DNA of 42,909 nucleotides from Gammaproteobacteria bacterium (GTDB lineage: Bacteria; Pseudomonadota; Gammaproteobacteria; GCA-001735895), in assembly GCA_029864185.1 (NCBI GenBank), contig JAOTTY010000003.1, positions 1 through 42,909 on the forward strand, written 5' to 3'. Numbering within the stretch: the first letter of the stretch is position 1; every line of letters starts with the position of its first letter. Below are positions 9,455-19,460 of the stretch, piece by piece. Under the pieces are notes generated by a model, which did not search any database, had not been told where the DNA came from, and saw nothing but the letters and a program-made list of their open reading frames with translations. Made by a program: the position numbers and the translations under genes.

Positions 9455-10054
9455 TTAACTGCGCATCGAGAGGTAATCTTGCTCCAATTCGATGAAGGCC
9501 GCGCCAAATCGCGCAACCGGTTTAAAAAAATCGGCCGACCTGGCTTTCTCCAGGTCCGTAAAAAATCGCTGTAGCCACGGTTTCATGTGCTTTTCGAAGA
9601 AACGTTGCTGGTCCGTAAAACTTGAAGCATCCGAAATCATAACAGAAAATACTTCAAAAATCGCAGAAATATGGTCCTCGGGTTCGTGCGTATTTTCGCT
9701 GCGCTCGAACCCAAGCGCGGCCAGGTCGTCGCGCAGGTCGCTGAGCGGCTGCTCCATCAGGAACCCGGTCAAATACCAGGACAGATAAGGCACTATTTCA
9801 CCTTTACCGATGCCGATAAACAGGTTGTTATATTCGTCTTCCAGCTGATCCTCGTCAAAGGTCGGCGCCGCGGCAGCGAGCTGCGCCATGGCCTCGGCAA
9901 GCGCATCGGGCTCGACTTCAGCGGACGGCGACAGTTTGCTGACGTGCTCCAACAACGCCTGGTCGGGCGCGGCGCGCAGCAATGCGGCAAGCAGCGCATA
10001 GGCTGAAGCCCGATAGCGTTGCTCGTTTTCGATGATGGCGTCTGCGGCAGGCAC
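9455..10054 (-). CDS. TorD/DmsD-family molybdoenzyme chaperone
   Basis: EYNNLFIGIG, PYLSWYLTGFLME and EPEDHI motifs. Confidence 0.92.
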   Translation of the reverse strand: MPAADAIIENEQRYRASAYALLAALLRAAPDQALLEHVSKLSPSAEVEPDALAEAMAQLAAAAPTFDEDQLEDEYNNLFIGIGKGEIVPYLSWYLTGFLMEQPLSDLRDDLAALGFERSENTHEPEDHISAIFEVFSVMISDASSFTDQQRFFEKHMKPWLQRFFTDLEKARSADFFKPVARFGAAFIELEQDYLSMRS

Positions 10055-10078
10055 GATTAACTTTATCCTGAAACGGGG

Positions 10079-11644
10079 TTACTGGCGGAAACCCTTGAGC
10101 GGATCGAACTGCCCACCCAAAGCCTCCGGGTCCTGGACGATATCGGCGACCCGGCAATTGTCGCACATCTTGAGCCGGTCCAGCGCGCGCTGGTTGCCGA
10201 ACATGTAGTGATCCTTCAACTTGTCCTGCATCTTGTTGATAACCGAAGTCGGCGCGAACGGCTTGCCGCAGGCAATACAGGCAAACGGGGTATCGCTATT
10301 CAGCGCGCGTGCGCGGTTGCGCCGTTCACGATCGAACAGCATCCGCGGCGCGAGCGTCACCGCGTCTTCGGGGCAGGTTTGCACGCAGGCGCCACATTGC
10401 AGGCAATTGCTTTCGATGAAAAAGACTTCGGGCACTTCCCGATTCGAACCATCCTGCAGCGCTCGGCCCGGGCAGGCGCCGACGCAGGCCATGCATAGCG
10501 TACACTTCCCCGCATCGATGGCAACCTCGCCAAAAGGCGCCGCGTCGGGCAGTTCGATTTGCTCTGCCTGCGGCCGCAGTGAATTCACGAGGTGGTCCAG
10601 CGCCTGGAAAATCGCGTTGCGTTTCAGCGGCGGCATGTCCTGGATCGCGGCCTCGACTATTCTGTCGCCGTCCACCTCGGGCAGCGCCGCATCGCCGCGA
10701 CATAGCGAGACATATGCCGAACCGAGCCCCAGTCCGGTAATGATAGCGTGCAGCCAGTCGAGCTGCTGCTGCAAACCCGCCATGGAACTCCGCGGCATCT
10801 GATCGTCGGCAAGCAGCACTACCTGCATCGCGCCATAGGCCAGCGCCGAGAGGCATAAGTCCATGCCGACACTGGCCAGCTCTTCGACCCGTATCGGTAA
10901 AACGTTATCGTAGGCCTCGAGGTAGCGGTCGGGCGCGCTGCTCGCGTCATGAAATAGCACGATCGCACGCGTGCCGCCCTGCGCGCGGTAGGCGTCGAGC
11001 ATATCGCGCAGACGCTTGCCGCTGTCGCGCAGGTTCGGGTACAGATAGCGAATCGCGCCTGACGGGCATACCGTGGCGCAGACTCCGCCGCCCTGGCACA
11101 GGTTGGGATCGACCTCGATGCGCTCGCCGGCGCTTGTGATCGCCTCCGCCGGGCAGGCGTCGATACACTGGGTGCAAACTGTCTTACCGTTTACTCCATG
11201 CGCGCAAATCGACGGGTCGTAAGCGAAATATTTCGGTTTCTGAAATTCGCCGGTGAGGTTTTCGAGTTCTTCGCGCAGCTCCTGTGGCTGCGAATCCGCT
11301 GCCTGCGCATGAAAGTAACCCGGCGGCAGCATCTCTCTGGTGAGCAGCGGGTTTTCGTTCAGATCGAGTATCGCATCCCCCTGATAAGTCGTCTGGTTGC
11401 CGTGCTGATCGCTGACGCGGATCCTGTAGGCGCCAAGGTAACCGTCGATCTCGACCTTGCCGCCGCGGGGAGATACGCGGATGAAGTCGAGCCCAGGCGC
11501 AATCTCGTCGCATCCGCGCAGCGCGTCGTCGTCGCCGAGCGCGATTACCCTGCCTGCCGAGCGATAGGTGACCAGGCTGGTGGGCTCGAATTCGAAGGCA
11601 TCTCGCACCCCGAGGGCCCGTTGTCGCGCGTCGCTATTGCTCAT
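10079..11644 (-). CDS. Polyferredoxin-type 4Fe-4S protein of FDH accessory clusters
   Basis: CAH...CTQCIDACP, CQGGGVCATVCP, CTLCMACVGACP, CLQCGACVQTCP, CIACGKPF and MCDNCR. Start moved to MSNSDAR (11644). Confidence 0.9.
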   Translation of the reverse strand: MSNSDARQRALGVRDAFEFEPTSLVTYRSAGRVIALGDDDALRGCDEIAPGLDFIRVSPRGGKVEIDGYLGAYRIRVSDQHGNQTTYQGDAILDLNENPLLTREMLPPGYFHAQAADSQPQELREELENLTGEFQKPKYFAYDPSICAHGVNGKTVCTQCIDACPAEAITSAGERIEVDPNLCQGGGVCATVCPSGAIRYLYPNLRDSGKRLRDMLDAYRAQGGTRAIVLFHDASSAPDRYLEAYDNVLPIRVEELASVGMDLCLSALAYGAMQVVLLADDQMPRSSMAGLQQQLDWLHAIITGLGLGSAYVSLCRGDAALPEVDGDRIVEAAIQDMPPLKRNAIFQALDHLVNSLRPQAEQIELPDAAPFGEVAIDAGKCTLCMACVGACPGRALQDGSNREVPEVFFIESNCLQCGACVQTCPEDAVTLAPRMLFDRERRNRARALNSDTPFACIACGKPFAPTSVINKMQDKLKDHYMFGNQRALDRLKMCDNCRVADIVQDPEALGGQFDPLKGFRQ

Positions 11645-12215
11645 CTGTCGCTGTTTTCCCGGGGTCGGCCGCGGCAACCGCCGTGGCGGATTGCGCGACG
11701 TCGTCGGCGTCATCTGCGGCGGCTGCGTCAGCGGCTTCATCCGCGCCATCGATGGCCTCGAGTTCGTCCGGCTGTTCGGCTACAGCCTCGCTTTCCGCGG
11801 CCAGTTTTTCGCGCAGCTTCTGCTCCTCCATTTCGATCCGGTGACGCATGTCGCTGGTGACGATGTCCCCCAGTTTCTCGAAGGACGTGTAATCGTCATC
11901 GTACTCGTCGAGCCCGTCGCGTATGTTGAAAACCGGCGCCCCAAAAAGTTTGCGCAACGCGAGATTGCGCAACTCGTCGCTGACGCCCGCCGACATGAAG
12001 CCGCTGAAATCCGAACTCTCGTCGAGCGATTCGACTGCGGGCATATCGGCGTCGGTCAGTACCGGCTGCGCTGCCGCCTCCACCTGTGGCGGAGCTTGAG
12101 CTGTGGCAGTTTCCGGCGGCGCGGCGGATTCCGGAGCCGGCTGCAACGCCTTGTCGGCCTCGTGCTTGCGGCGCGACCAGCGCGACAATACCGATTCATT
12201 GCTATCCCTGGTCAT
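11634..12215 (-). CDS. DUF3306 domain protein (FDH accessory)
   Basis: LSRWSRRK, SDFSGFM, LRNLALRKLF, DGLDEYDDDYT. Confidence 0.88.
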   Translation of the reverse strand: MTRDSNESVLSRWSRRKHEADKALQPAPESAAPPETATAQAPPQVEAAAQPVLTDADMPAVESLDESSDFSGFMSAGVSDELRNLALRKLFGAPVFNIRDGLDEYDDDYTSFEKLGDIVTSDMRHRIEMEEQKLREKLAAESEAVAEQPDELEAIDGADEAADAAAADDADDVAQSATAVAAADPGKTATDEQ

Positions 12216-12748
12216 GACTTTTCGTCGGCCGGATTCGTCTCCGGCCGCTCGCCTTCGCCCCAGTTCTTCAGCTTGCGCTTGGTTTTTTTGATCGCGATAT
12301 AATGCGTCAGCACATAGGCTTCCAACCATTTATAAAGCTCCGGAATGAGCGCTACCGCGTAAACCTGCTCGTCTCCCTCCTGATAGGCGTGAACCTCGTC
12401 GAAGCTCAGTGATACCAGGTAGGGAACCGGCATTTCGTCGCTGCTGTCCGGCTGGCTGGCGACGATGAAACAGCCGGGCTCGGGCGACATCAGGTTATGG
12501 TAATAGCTTTCGCATTGATCGACGTGCAGCCGCAGCGTCAACCCGGTGACCAGGAAATGCTCGATGTCGCCGTTCTGGTAAACCTGCCTGACCGACCTCT
12601 CTTCGCCCGCCGCGCGCACCACGACCCCGAGCGCCTGGTACCTGAAATTCGCCCAGGGGTGTGACGAAGGCTGCTTTTCCATCAACACCGCGAGCGTCAA
12701 TTCCTCGGGCAGGACCTGGTCGAAATCCTCGAGTTCCAGTTTTTCCAT
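12212..12748 (-). CDS. DUF3305 domain protein (FDH accessory)
   Basis: PW motif, LRLHVDQCESYYHNLMSPEP, basic C-terminus; ATGA overlap with DUF3306. Confidence 0.85.
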   Translation of the reverse strand: MEKLELEDFDQVLPEELTLAVLMEKQPSSHPWANFRYQALGVVVRAAGEERSVRQVYQNGDIEHFLVTGLTLRLHVDQCESYYHNLMSPEPGCFIVASQPDSSDEMPVPYLVSLSFDEVHAYQEGDEQVYAVALIPELYKWLEAYVLTHYIAIKKTKRKLKNWGEGERPETNPADEKS

Positions 12749-12965
12749 CGACTCCGGTCGGGGCTTTGAACATGGGAAGGGAGTTATACCATAATCCGCC
12801 CCTGCTCGCGCAACCACAGCTTTTCAGGGGTTTATCCGATGCTTCCCTTCAGGCTGGATATATCCCGAGCCCCTTCGAGAGAGTCAGGGCAGGTTTTGCG
12901 GTGATTGCGGTGCCGCGGTAGACAAATGTCGCGACAAACCTGGTCAGTCACAATTCTTGCGGCGG

Positions 12966-13790
12966 TTATTGCTGTTCGACGGTGAACGGACGCTCGTTTT
13001 TGAGCGCCGGGATGCGAGCGCGCACCTTTTCGACCTGGGCGAGGTCGATGTCGGCGTAGACGACGCCCGGCTCGGGGCCGCCGTCGACGAGGACTTCGCC
13101 CCAGGGATCGACGATTAGCGAATGGCCGTAAGAATAGCGCTTGTCGCAATGATGCCCACACTGGTTGGGCGCGATGACGAAGGCACCGGTTTCGATGGCG
13201 CGCGCCCGCACCAGCGTATGCCAGTGCGCCTTGCCGGTAGTCTGCGTAAAAGCGGCCGGAATCGTGATCATTTCCGCACCGGCATGGGCAAGCGCGCGGT
13301 ACAGTGCGCCGAAGCGCAGGTCGTAACAAATCGAAAGCCCCAGCCTGCCGAGCGGTGTCTCGACCAGCACCGCCCTGTCGCCATGCATGATCGCGTCCGA
13401 CTCGCGGTAGACTTCCCCGTTCTGCAGCTCGATATCGAACATGTGCAGCTTGTCATAACGCGCACGGATTTCGCCGGCGCTATCGAGCACAAAACAGCGG
13501 TTGAATATGCTTTCGCCATCGCGAATCAGCTGCGAACCGACCAGTATCATGACGCCGTGTTGGCGCGCCCTGTCGCGAAATGCAGCCAGGCCGATGTCGT
13601 CGGACTCGCGGTAGGTCGATGCGGGTATCTGCGCGTTCACCGGCTCGATCAGCCCCACGGTTTCGGGCAGCGCAACGAACTGCGCGCCGCCGGCGACCGC
13701 GTCATCGATGCGCGCGCACACCCACTCGATGTTGGTCTTTATATCGCGCGTCGCGGTATTTTGTACGCAGGCGACGCGAATTTCAGTCAT
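12966..13790 (-). CDS. Carbon-nitrogen hydrolase (Nit1/deaminated-glutathione amidase-like)
   Basis: Glu-Lys-Cys triad in ALPE, YDKLHMFD and SICYDLRF; TGKAHW, RARAIE and YGHSLIVDPWG. Confidence 0.92.
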   Translation of the reverse strand: MTEIRVACVQNTATRDIKTNIEWVCARIDDAVAGGAQFVALPETVGLIEPVNAQIPASTYRESDDIGLAAFRDRARQHGVMILVGSQLIRDGESIFNRCFVLDSAGEIRARYDKLHMFDIELQNGEVYRESDAIMHGDRAVLVETPLGRLGLSICYDLRFGALYRALAHAGAEMITIPAAFTQTTGKAHWHTLVRARAIETGAFVIAPNQCGHHCDKRYSYGHSLIVDPWGEVLVDGGPEPGVVYADIDLAQVEKVRARIPALKNERPFTVEQQ

Positions 13791-14904
13791 GCCGCAGCAC
13801 CTCCTCGGAATCATGATAGTCATACCCGAGATCGTGCGCCACTTCGCGCTGGGTAATCTTGCCCTTGTGTACATTGAGCCCGTCGCGCAGCCAGCGATTC
13901 TCCATCAAGGCCTGCCGGTATCCCTTGTCCGCAAGCTCGAGTACGTGCGGCAAGGTCACGTTGTTGAGGGCATAGGTCGACGTACGCGGCACGCCGCCCG
14001 GCATGTTGGCGACACAGTAATGCACCACGTTGTCGACGATATAGGTTGGCTCCGCGTGCGTCGTCGGCCTCGAGGTTTCGCAACAGCCACCCTGATCGAT
14101 GGCGACGTCGACGATTACCGCACCGGCTTTCATGCCCGTGACCATCTCGGCGGTTACCAGCTTCGGCGCTTCCGCACCCGGAATCAGCACGCCGCCGATA
14201 ACCAGGTCGGCGTCTTTGACATGACGCTCGATCGCGTCCTGCGTCGAAAACACGGTATTGGTGCTGCGCCCGAATTGCTTCCAGTGAGCCTCGATTGCCT
14301 CCGGATTGCGATCGATGACCCAGACGTCGGCGCCCATGCCGACAGCGATGTGCGTGGCGTGGGTGCCGACCACACCGGCGCCGAGGATCACGACCTTGGC
14401 CGGGTCGACCCCGGGCACGCCGCCGAGCAACATGCCGAGTCCGCCGTGCGGATGCTCGAGGCAATAGGCGCCGGCCTGGATCGCCATGCGTCCGGCAACC
14501 TTGGACATCGGCGCCAGCAGCGGCAATCCACCATGTGGCGAAGTCACGGTCTCATATGCGATGCAGATGGCGCCACTCGCGACCAGGTCTTTGGTCTGTT
14601 CCGGATCCGGCGCCAGGTGCAGGTAGGTAAACAGCACCTGACCTTCGCGCAGCATTGCGCGCTCCGACGCCTGCGGCTCCTTGACCTTGACCACCATTTC
14701 GGCGCGCGCAAAGATTTCCTTCGCCGAGTCGACGATCTCGGCACCGATCTGGGCGTATTCGTCGTCGCCGACGCCGATACCGCCACCGGCATCGGTTTCG
14801 ACCATGACCTGGTGCCCGTGCCTGATCGCCTCGCGCACGCTCGCCGGCGCCATGCCGACGCGATACTCATGATTCTTGATTTCCTTGGGAACGCCTATCA
14901 ACAT
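13783..14904 (-). CDS. ald: Alanine dehydrogenase
   Basis: [54 protein letters not shown]. Confidence 0.97.
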   Translation of the reverse strand: MLIGVPKEIKNHEYRVGMAPASVREAIRHGHQVMVETDAGGGIGVGDDEYAQIGAEIVDSAKEIFARAEMVVKVKEPQASERAMLREGQVLFTYLHLAPDPEQTKDLVASGAICIAYETVTSPHGGLPLLAPMSKVAGRMAIQAGAYCLEHPHGGLGMLLGGVPGVDPAKVVILGAGVVGTHATHIAVGMGADVWVIDRNPEAIEAHWKQFGRSTNTVFSTQDAIERHVKDADLVIGGVLIPGAEAPKLVTAEMVTGMKAGAVIVDVAIDQGGCCETSRPTTHAEPTYIVDNVVHYCVANMPGGVPRTSTYALNNVTLPHVLELADKGYRQALMENRWLRDGLNVHKGKITQREVAHDLGYDYHDSEEVLRHD

Positions 14905-15255
14905 AATAACCACCGGGGTAGCAGGGTAAAGACCACAAAAGTAATTGAGCCCGGTGACGCCCGCTAGTGCCAGCAAAACTAATTTACTGTACCAGCCCGC
15001 TTCGGGCATTTTACCGGGCCGTGGGCTTTACAGACCAAGGTCGCGAGCGGGAAACTCGCTGGAGGTTGCCAGCCATCGGCAAAGCGATCGGACCCGGCTG
15101 CCCGGCGCGTCGACACCTGAGAGTCGATTCGATTTCAATCATGCCGGCGATTCGTCTCGCCAGCGTGCAGATCGACAGGAAATCGCCGCCGCGCCGACCC
15201 CGCGAGCCGTTTCAGCGGGGGAATCGCGGTGCCAGAGACCTTACAGATAATGCCG

Positions 15256-15284
15256 TTGGTAATTGGATTAATCGTTGCTAGAAT
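15256..15284 (+). promoter_or_regulatory. Candidate sigma70 promoter for moaA-fdhD
   Basis: TTGGTA-17 nt-TAGAAT with a TGn extended -10 element, ending 10 nt before the ATG at 15295. Confidence 0.4.
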
Positions 15285-15294
15285 AGCCCGTTCT

Positions 15295-16305
15295 ATGTCA
15301 GCACAAAACTCACAGCACCAGCTCATCGACCGTTTCGGCCGCAGTGTGAGCTACGTGCGCCTGTCGGTAACCGACCGCTGTGACCTGCGCTGCGTCTACT
15401 GCATGCCGGAGAAGATGAAATTCGTGCCGCGCACGCAACTGCTGACGCTCGAGGAAATGGAAAGCGTCGGGCGCGCCTTCGTCAAGCTCGGCGTCGACAA
15501 GATCCGCATCACCGGCGGAGAACCTCTGGTGCGGCAGAACATCCTGCAGCTGTTCCAGAACCTCGGCGCAATCGAAGGGCTGCGCGACCTGACGCTGACG
15601 ACCAATGCGACGCAGCTAACCAAATTCGCGCGGCCGCTGAAGGACGCGGGCGTTACGCGCATCAACGTCAGCCTCGATACCCTGCAGACAGATCGCTTTC
15701 GCGCCATGACCCGCGTCGGCGACCTGCAGAAAACCCTGGACGGCATCGACGCCGCCATTGCCTGTGATTTCAAGCAGATAAAAATTAACACCGTGGTGCT
15801 CAGAAACCATAACCACGACGAAATCCTCGACCTGGTCAATTTCTGTATCGATCGCGGCATCGATATCAGCTTTATCGAGGAAATGCCGCTGGGTCAGAAC
15901 GATCACCACGATCGCGCGGTAGCATATTACTCCAGCGACCAGATTCTCCAGGACCTGGAACAGCATTTCGAGCTGGTACCGAGTACGATGACCACCGCCG
16001 GTCCGACTCGCTACTACCAGCTTACCGACCACCAGAAAACCCGTGTCGGCTTCATCTCGCCGCACAGCCACAACTTCTGCGACAGTTGCAACCGGGTTCG
16101 CGTCACCGCCGAAGGACGCCTGCTGCTGTGCCTGGGACAGGAACACTCGATGGATCTGCGTCACGTTATCCGCGCCCATCCGGGCGCGCCCGAGGCGCTC
16201 GAGCAGGCCCTGGTCGACTCGATGCAGATCAAGCCCAAAGGGCATGACTTCAATCTCAATTCCCAGGAAATACTGCTGCGCCATATGAATATGACCGGAG
16301 GCTGA
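15295..16305 (+). CDS. moaA: GTP 3',8-cyclase (radical SAM)
   Basis: LIDRFGR, CDLRCVYC, TGGEPL, FCDSCNRVR...LCL, C-terminal MNMTGG. Confidence 0.97.
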   Translation: MSAQNSQHQLIDRFGRSVSYVRLSVTDRCDLRCVYCMPEKMKFVPRTQLLTLEEMESVGRAFVKLGVDKIRITGGEPLVRQNILQLFQNLGAIEGLRDLTLTTNATQLTKFARPLKDAGVTRINVSLDTLQTDRFRAMTRVGDLQKTLDGIDAAIACDFKQIKINTVVLRNHNHDEILDLVNFCIDRGIDISFIEEMPLGQNDHHDRAVAYYSSDQILQDLEQHFELVPSTMTTAGPTRYYQLTDHQKTRVGFISPHSHNFCDSCNRVRVTAEGRLLLCLGQEHSMDLRHVIRAHPGAPEALEQALVDSMQIKPKGHDFNLNSQEILLRHMNMTGG

Positions 16306-16306
16306 T

Positions 16307-17188
16307 ATGGCCTCGGTGCAAAAGCGGCGCCTTCCCGAACTGTCCAACGCCGGCCTCAAGGCGACCGCCAACGTGGTGGCATTCAACGAGTACAACGAAC
16401 CCGTCGACGGCGCCATCGCGGTCGAGCGAGCGTTGACGATTTACCTCGACAAGCGTGAAATCGTGACCCTGATGACGCTCGGCAACCATCCCGAGTTGCT
16501 GATCCTGGGCTGGTTGCGCAATCAGCGCCTGGTCGACGACATCGAGGCGATCAAGGCGATACAGGTCGACTGGGAAACGGAGTCGGTCGCGATCGTGACC
16601 CACGGGGGCGTTGCCAGTCTCGACAAGAAGCTCGACCGCAAAACCGTGACCACGGGTTGCGGACAGGGCACCGTTTTCGGCGACCTGATGGAAAACATCG
16701 ACGAAATATCGCTGCAACAGCCCGTCCTCAAGCAGTCGTCCATCTACGCGCTGCTGAACGCGCTGAGCGCTTTCAACGAGATCTATAAAAACGCCGGCGC
16801 GGTGCACGGCTGCGCGCTGTGCAGCGAGGAATTCGGCATCGAGCAGTTCATCGAGGACGTCGGCCGGCACAACGCGGTCGACGCGATCGCCGGCTACATG
16901 TGGCTTAACGATATCAGGGGCAACGACAAACTCTTCTACACCACCGGCCGGCTGACCTCGGAAATGGTCATCAAGGTAGCACTGATGCAGATCCCGGTAT
17001 TGCTGTCGCGTTCGGGCATTACCGCGATGGGACTCGAGATCGCGCAAAAGGTCGGCGTGACGCTGATCGCGCGCGCCAAGGGGAGACACTTCCTGGTCTA
17101 CCACGGTGGCGAACTGATCGAATACGACGAAATGCCGCCGCAGCGCCCGCGCCACCCCGGCAGGGATACGCGCAGCAGTCCCGACTAG
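16307..17188 (+). CDS. fdhD: Formate dehydrogenase accessory sulfurtransferase
   Basis: TTGCGQG, AGAVHGCAL, EDVGRHNAVD, TTGRLTSEMV. Confidence 0.95.
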   Translation: MASVQKRRLPELSNAGLKATANVVAFNEYNEPVDGAIAVERALTIYLDKREIVTLMTLGNHPELLILGWLRNQRLVDDIEAIKAIQVDWETESVAIVTHGGVASLDKKLDRKTVTTGCGQGTVFGDLMENIDEISLQQPVLKQSSIYALLNALSAFNEIYKNAGAVHGCALCSEEFGIEQFIEDVGRHNAVDAIAGYMWLNDIRGNDKLFYTTGRLTSEMVIKVALMQIPVLLSRSGITAMGLEIAQKVGVTLIARAKGRHFLVYHGGELIEYDEMPPQRPRHPGRDTRSSPD

Positions 17189-17257
17189 GGCGTTTCTCGG
17201 CGCGATACCGCTTGCCGCGCCAGCCTGCTAAGCTTGATCCATGCCAGGCTGCGCCCA

Positions 17258-17890
17258 ATGAAGATAAAACCTTTTAGATCCAATCACCTGCTGCACGCGC
17301 TGATACTGTGGTTGATCCTGGCCTGGGTTGCCACCGCGATCGATCCGCTGTACCCGCGCGACTGGCTACTCGAAAACCTGCTGGTTTTTATCTGCAGCGC
17401 GCTGCTGGTATTCACCTACCACAACTTCCAGTTCTCCAATTTATCCTACGCCCTGTTTGTCCTGTTTCTGAGCCTCCACCTCGCCGGGGCGCATTATACC
17501 TACGCCGAGACGCCGTTCGGATTCTGGCTACAGGACCAGTTCGGATTCGAACGCAATCATTACGACCGCATCGTTCATTTTTGCTTCGGGCTACTGATCG
17601 CATATCCGATGCGGGAAATTCTGTTACGCAAATCCGGGCTGAGCAAAGCCTGGTCGTATTTCATTACCGTCAACTGCGTCCTCGCTTTCAGCGCGATCTA
17701 CGAGATTATCGAGGCCATCACCGCGGCTATCGTCAGCCCGGAGCTCGGCGCCGCCTACCTGGGCACGCAAGGGGACGAATGGGATGCGCAGAAAGACGCC
17801 CTGCTCGCCTTCACCGGCGCGATTCTTGCGATGCTGGTGACCTGGGCGCATACCCGCAACCGGGCGGGGACGAACGAACCGGGGATATAA
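17258..17890 (+). CDS. DUF2238 (YjdF-like) inner membrane protein
   Basis: DWLLEN, GAHYTYAETP, RNHYDRIVH, YEIIE, YLGTQGDEWDAQKD. Confidence 0.9.
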   Translation: MKIKPFRSNHLLHALILWLILAWVATAIDPLYPRDWLLENLLVFICSALLVFTYHNFQFSNLSYALFVLFLSLHLAGAHYTYAETPFGFWLQDQFGFERNHYDRIVHFCFGLLIAYPMREILLRKSGLSKAWSYFITVNCVLAFSAIYEIIEAITAAIVSPELGAAYLGTQGDEWDAQKDALLAFTGAILAMLVTWAHTRNRAGTNEPGI

Positions 17891-17919
17891 ACCGGATCGA
17901 ATACCCACGATCGGGAGCG

Positions 17920-18441
17920 TTATGTTTCGCGCAATCTCGGCATCAGTTCCACCAGGTTACAGGGGCGGGTGCGGAAATCGAGCTGGGTAGCGATCAGTTG
18001 CGTCCAGGCGTCCTTGCAGGCGCCGGATGAACCGGGCAGGCAGAAAATGTAGGTGCCATTGGCAACGCCCGCGACCGCGCGCGACTGCAGCGTCGAGGTA
18101 CCGATGGTCTGGTAGGAAAGACTGCGGAATGTTTCGCCGAATCCGTCGATCACCTTGTCGAGCAGCGGGATGACCGCTTCCGGCGTGCCGTCCCGGCCGG
18201 TAACGCCGGTGCCTCCCGTCGTCAGCACCACCTGTAGATCCTCATCGACGATCCAGCGCGACAGGACTTCGCGGATTCGATACTTGTCGTCCGGAACGAT
18301 GGCCCTGTGCGCGAGCCGGTGCCCGGCCTCGGTCAGAAACCGGGCCAACAGGGGCCCGGACTTGTCGCTGGCTTCGTCGCGTGAATCGGATACGGTCAGC
18401 ACCGCGATATTGAGCGGGACAAAATCTCGATCCTGGTCCAT
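17920..18441 (-). CDS. moaB: Molybdenum cofactor biosynthesis protein B (MogA/MoaB family)
   Basis: IAVLTVSD, DKSG, TTGGTGVTGRDGTPEA, LQSRA, LPGS, TRPCNLVELMPRL. Confidence 0.95.
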   Translation of the reverse strand: MDQDRDFVPLNIAVLTVSDSRDEASDKSGPLLARFLTEAGHRLAHRAIVPDDKYRIREVLSRWIVDEDLQVVLTTGGTGVTGRDGTPEAVIPLLDKVIDGFGETFRSLSYQTIGTSTLQSRAVAGVANGTYIFCLPGSSGACKDAWTQLIATQLDFRTRPCNLVELMPRLRET

Positions 18442-18446
18442 CGAGG

Positions 18447-18647
18447 TCAGTACTTGATTTCGTCTTCGATCGACAGGGCGTCGTCGATCAGGTCGCATTC
18501 CAGCGTGATCTTGACCCGCACCGGGTTGCCGTCGAGACGGCCCTCGTCATTAGCCTGATCGATGGCGCGTTCGATTTCGCGTTGCGAGGTAATGCCGACT
18601 TTTTTGAGGAACTTGCGAATCGACATGTTAAGGGCATCTTCGTCCAT
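18447..18647 (-). CDS. Small conserved protein (DUF6494-like)
   Basis: MDEDALNMSIRKFLKKVGITSQREIE pattern; AGGAG RBS; 5 bp upstream of moaB. Confidence 0.75.
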   Translation of the reverse strand: MDEDALNMSIRKFLKKVGITSQREIERAIDQANDEGRLDGNPVRVKITLECDLIDDALSIEDEIKY

Positions 18648-18866
18648 CGGTATTACTCCTGCAGTTATATCCGGGGCAGGCATTTTACCCGTTTTATCTA
18701 ACGGCCCCAATAATATTCGACTAGGCCGGCGCAGGATTGATAAACTGCGATCCCCATTTGACCCGACTGAAAAGGAAAAGATATTGCGCGATCACCAGAT
18801 TCGGCCCGAGACGCCGGCAGCCGCCGCAGCCGTGAACCCCGACCTGGTGCGCCAGATCCAGAATCG

Positions 18867-19460
18867 ATGACTATCACGGCAGAAGACATTACCGCGGTCA
18901 TTCTCGCCGGCGGCCAGGGCCGTCGTATGGGCGGCCAGGACAAGGGTTTGCTCGACTTCAACGGCAGGCCACTGGTCGCGCTGCTGATCGATGAGCTCGA
19001 ACGCCAGGCGCTCGCCATCGTCATCAACGCCAACCGCAACCTGCAGCGTTACCGGAGCTTTGGCTATCCCGTCGTCAACGACCAGCTCGAAGATTACCAG
19101 GGGCCGCTGGCCGGTTTCGCGAGCGCGATGCATGCGGTAAAAACCGACTTCATCCTGACCCTGCCCTGCGACGGGCCGACGCTGGCAGACGATTATGCCG
19201 CGCGATTCATGGCCAGGTTCGAGCAAACCGGTGCCCCGGTGATTGTCGCCTTCGACGGCGAGCGCCTGCAACCGGTGCACGCGCTGATCCGGACCAGCCT
19301 GCGGCCGAGCCTGGACCGGTTCCTGGCGACGGGCGATCGCAAGATCGACCGCTGGTACGCGTCGCACGATTATGCGCAGGCCGACTTTTCCGACTGTGCC
19401 GACATGTTTCGCAACATCAACACGCCCTCCGATCGGCAAGACCTGCAGGCCAGCCAGTGA
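18867..19460 (+). CDS. mobA: Molybdenum cofactor guanylyltransferase
   Basis: ILAGGQGRRMGGQDKG, INANRN, GPLAG, PCD, FRNINTP. Confidence 0.95.
   Translation: MTITAEDITAVILAGGQGRRMGGQDKGLLDFNGRPLVALLIDELERQALAIVINANRNLQRYRSFGYPVVNDQLEDYQGPLAGFASAMHAVKTDFILTLPCDGPTLADDYAARFMARFEQTGAPVIVAFDGERLQPVHALIRTSLRPSLDRFLATGDRKIDRWYASHDYAQADFSDCADMFRNINTPSDRQDLQASQ

Noticed and set aside
12749-12965. Moco/Wco riboswitch or ModE box upstream of the FDH operon (also checked before moaA and aorA/moeA)
   Set aside because: I could not find the conserved riboswitch elements or the TATAT-N7-TAYAT pattern by eye. An Infernal/Rfam scan would settle it.
13708-14967. 419-aa plus-strand ORF, and similar long antisense ORFs over fdhA, fdhD, dpp and aor
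   Set aside because: These are shadow ORFs expected from high-GC codon bias opposite well-supported genes.
18562-18870. ORF ending in an ATGA overlap with mobA
   Set aside because: Its 5' part overlaps the DUF6494-like gene on the opposite strand, and there is no good in-frame start in the intergenic part.
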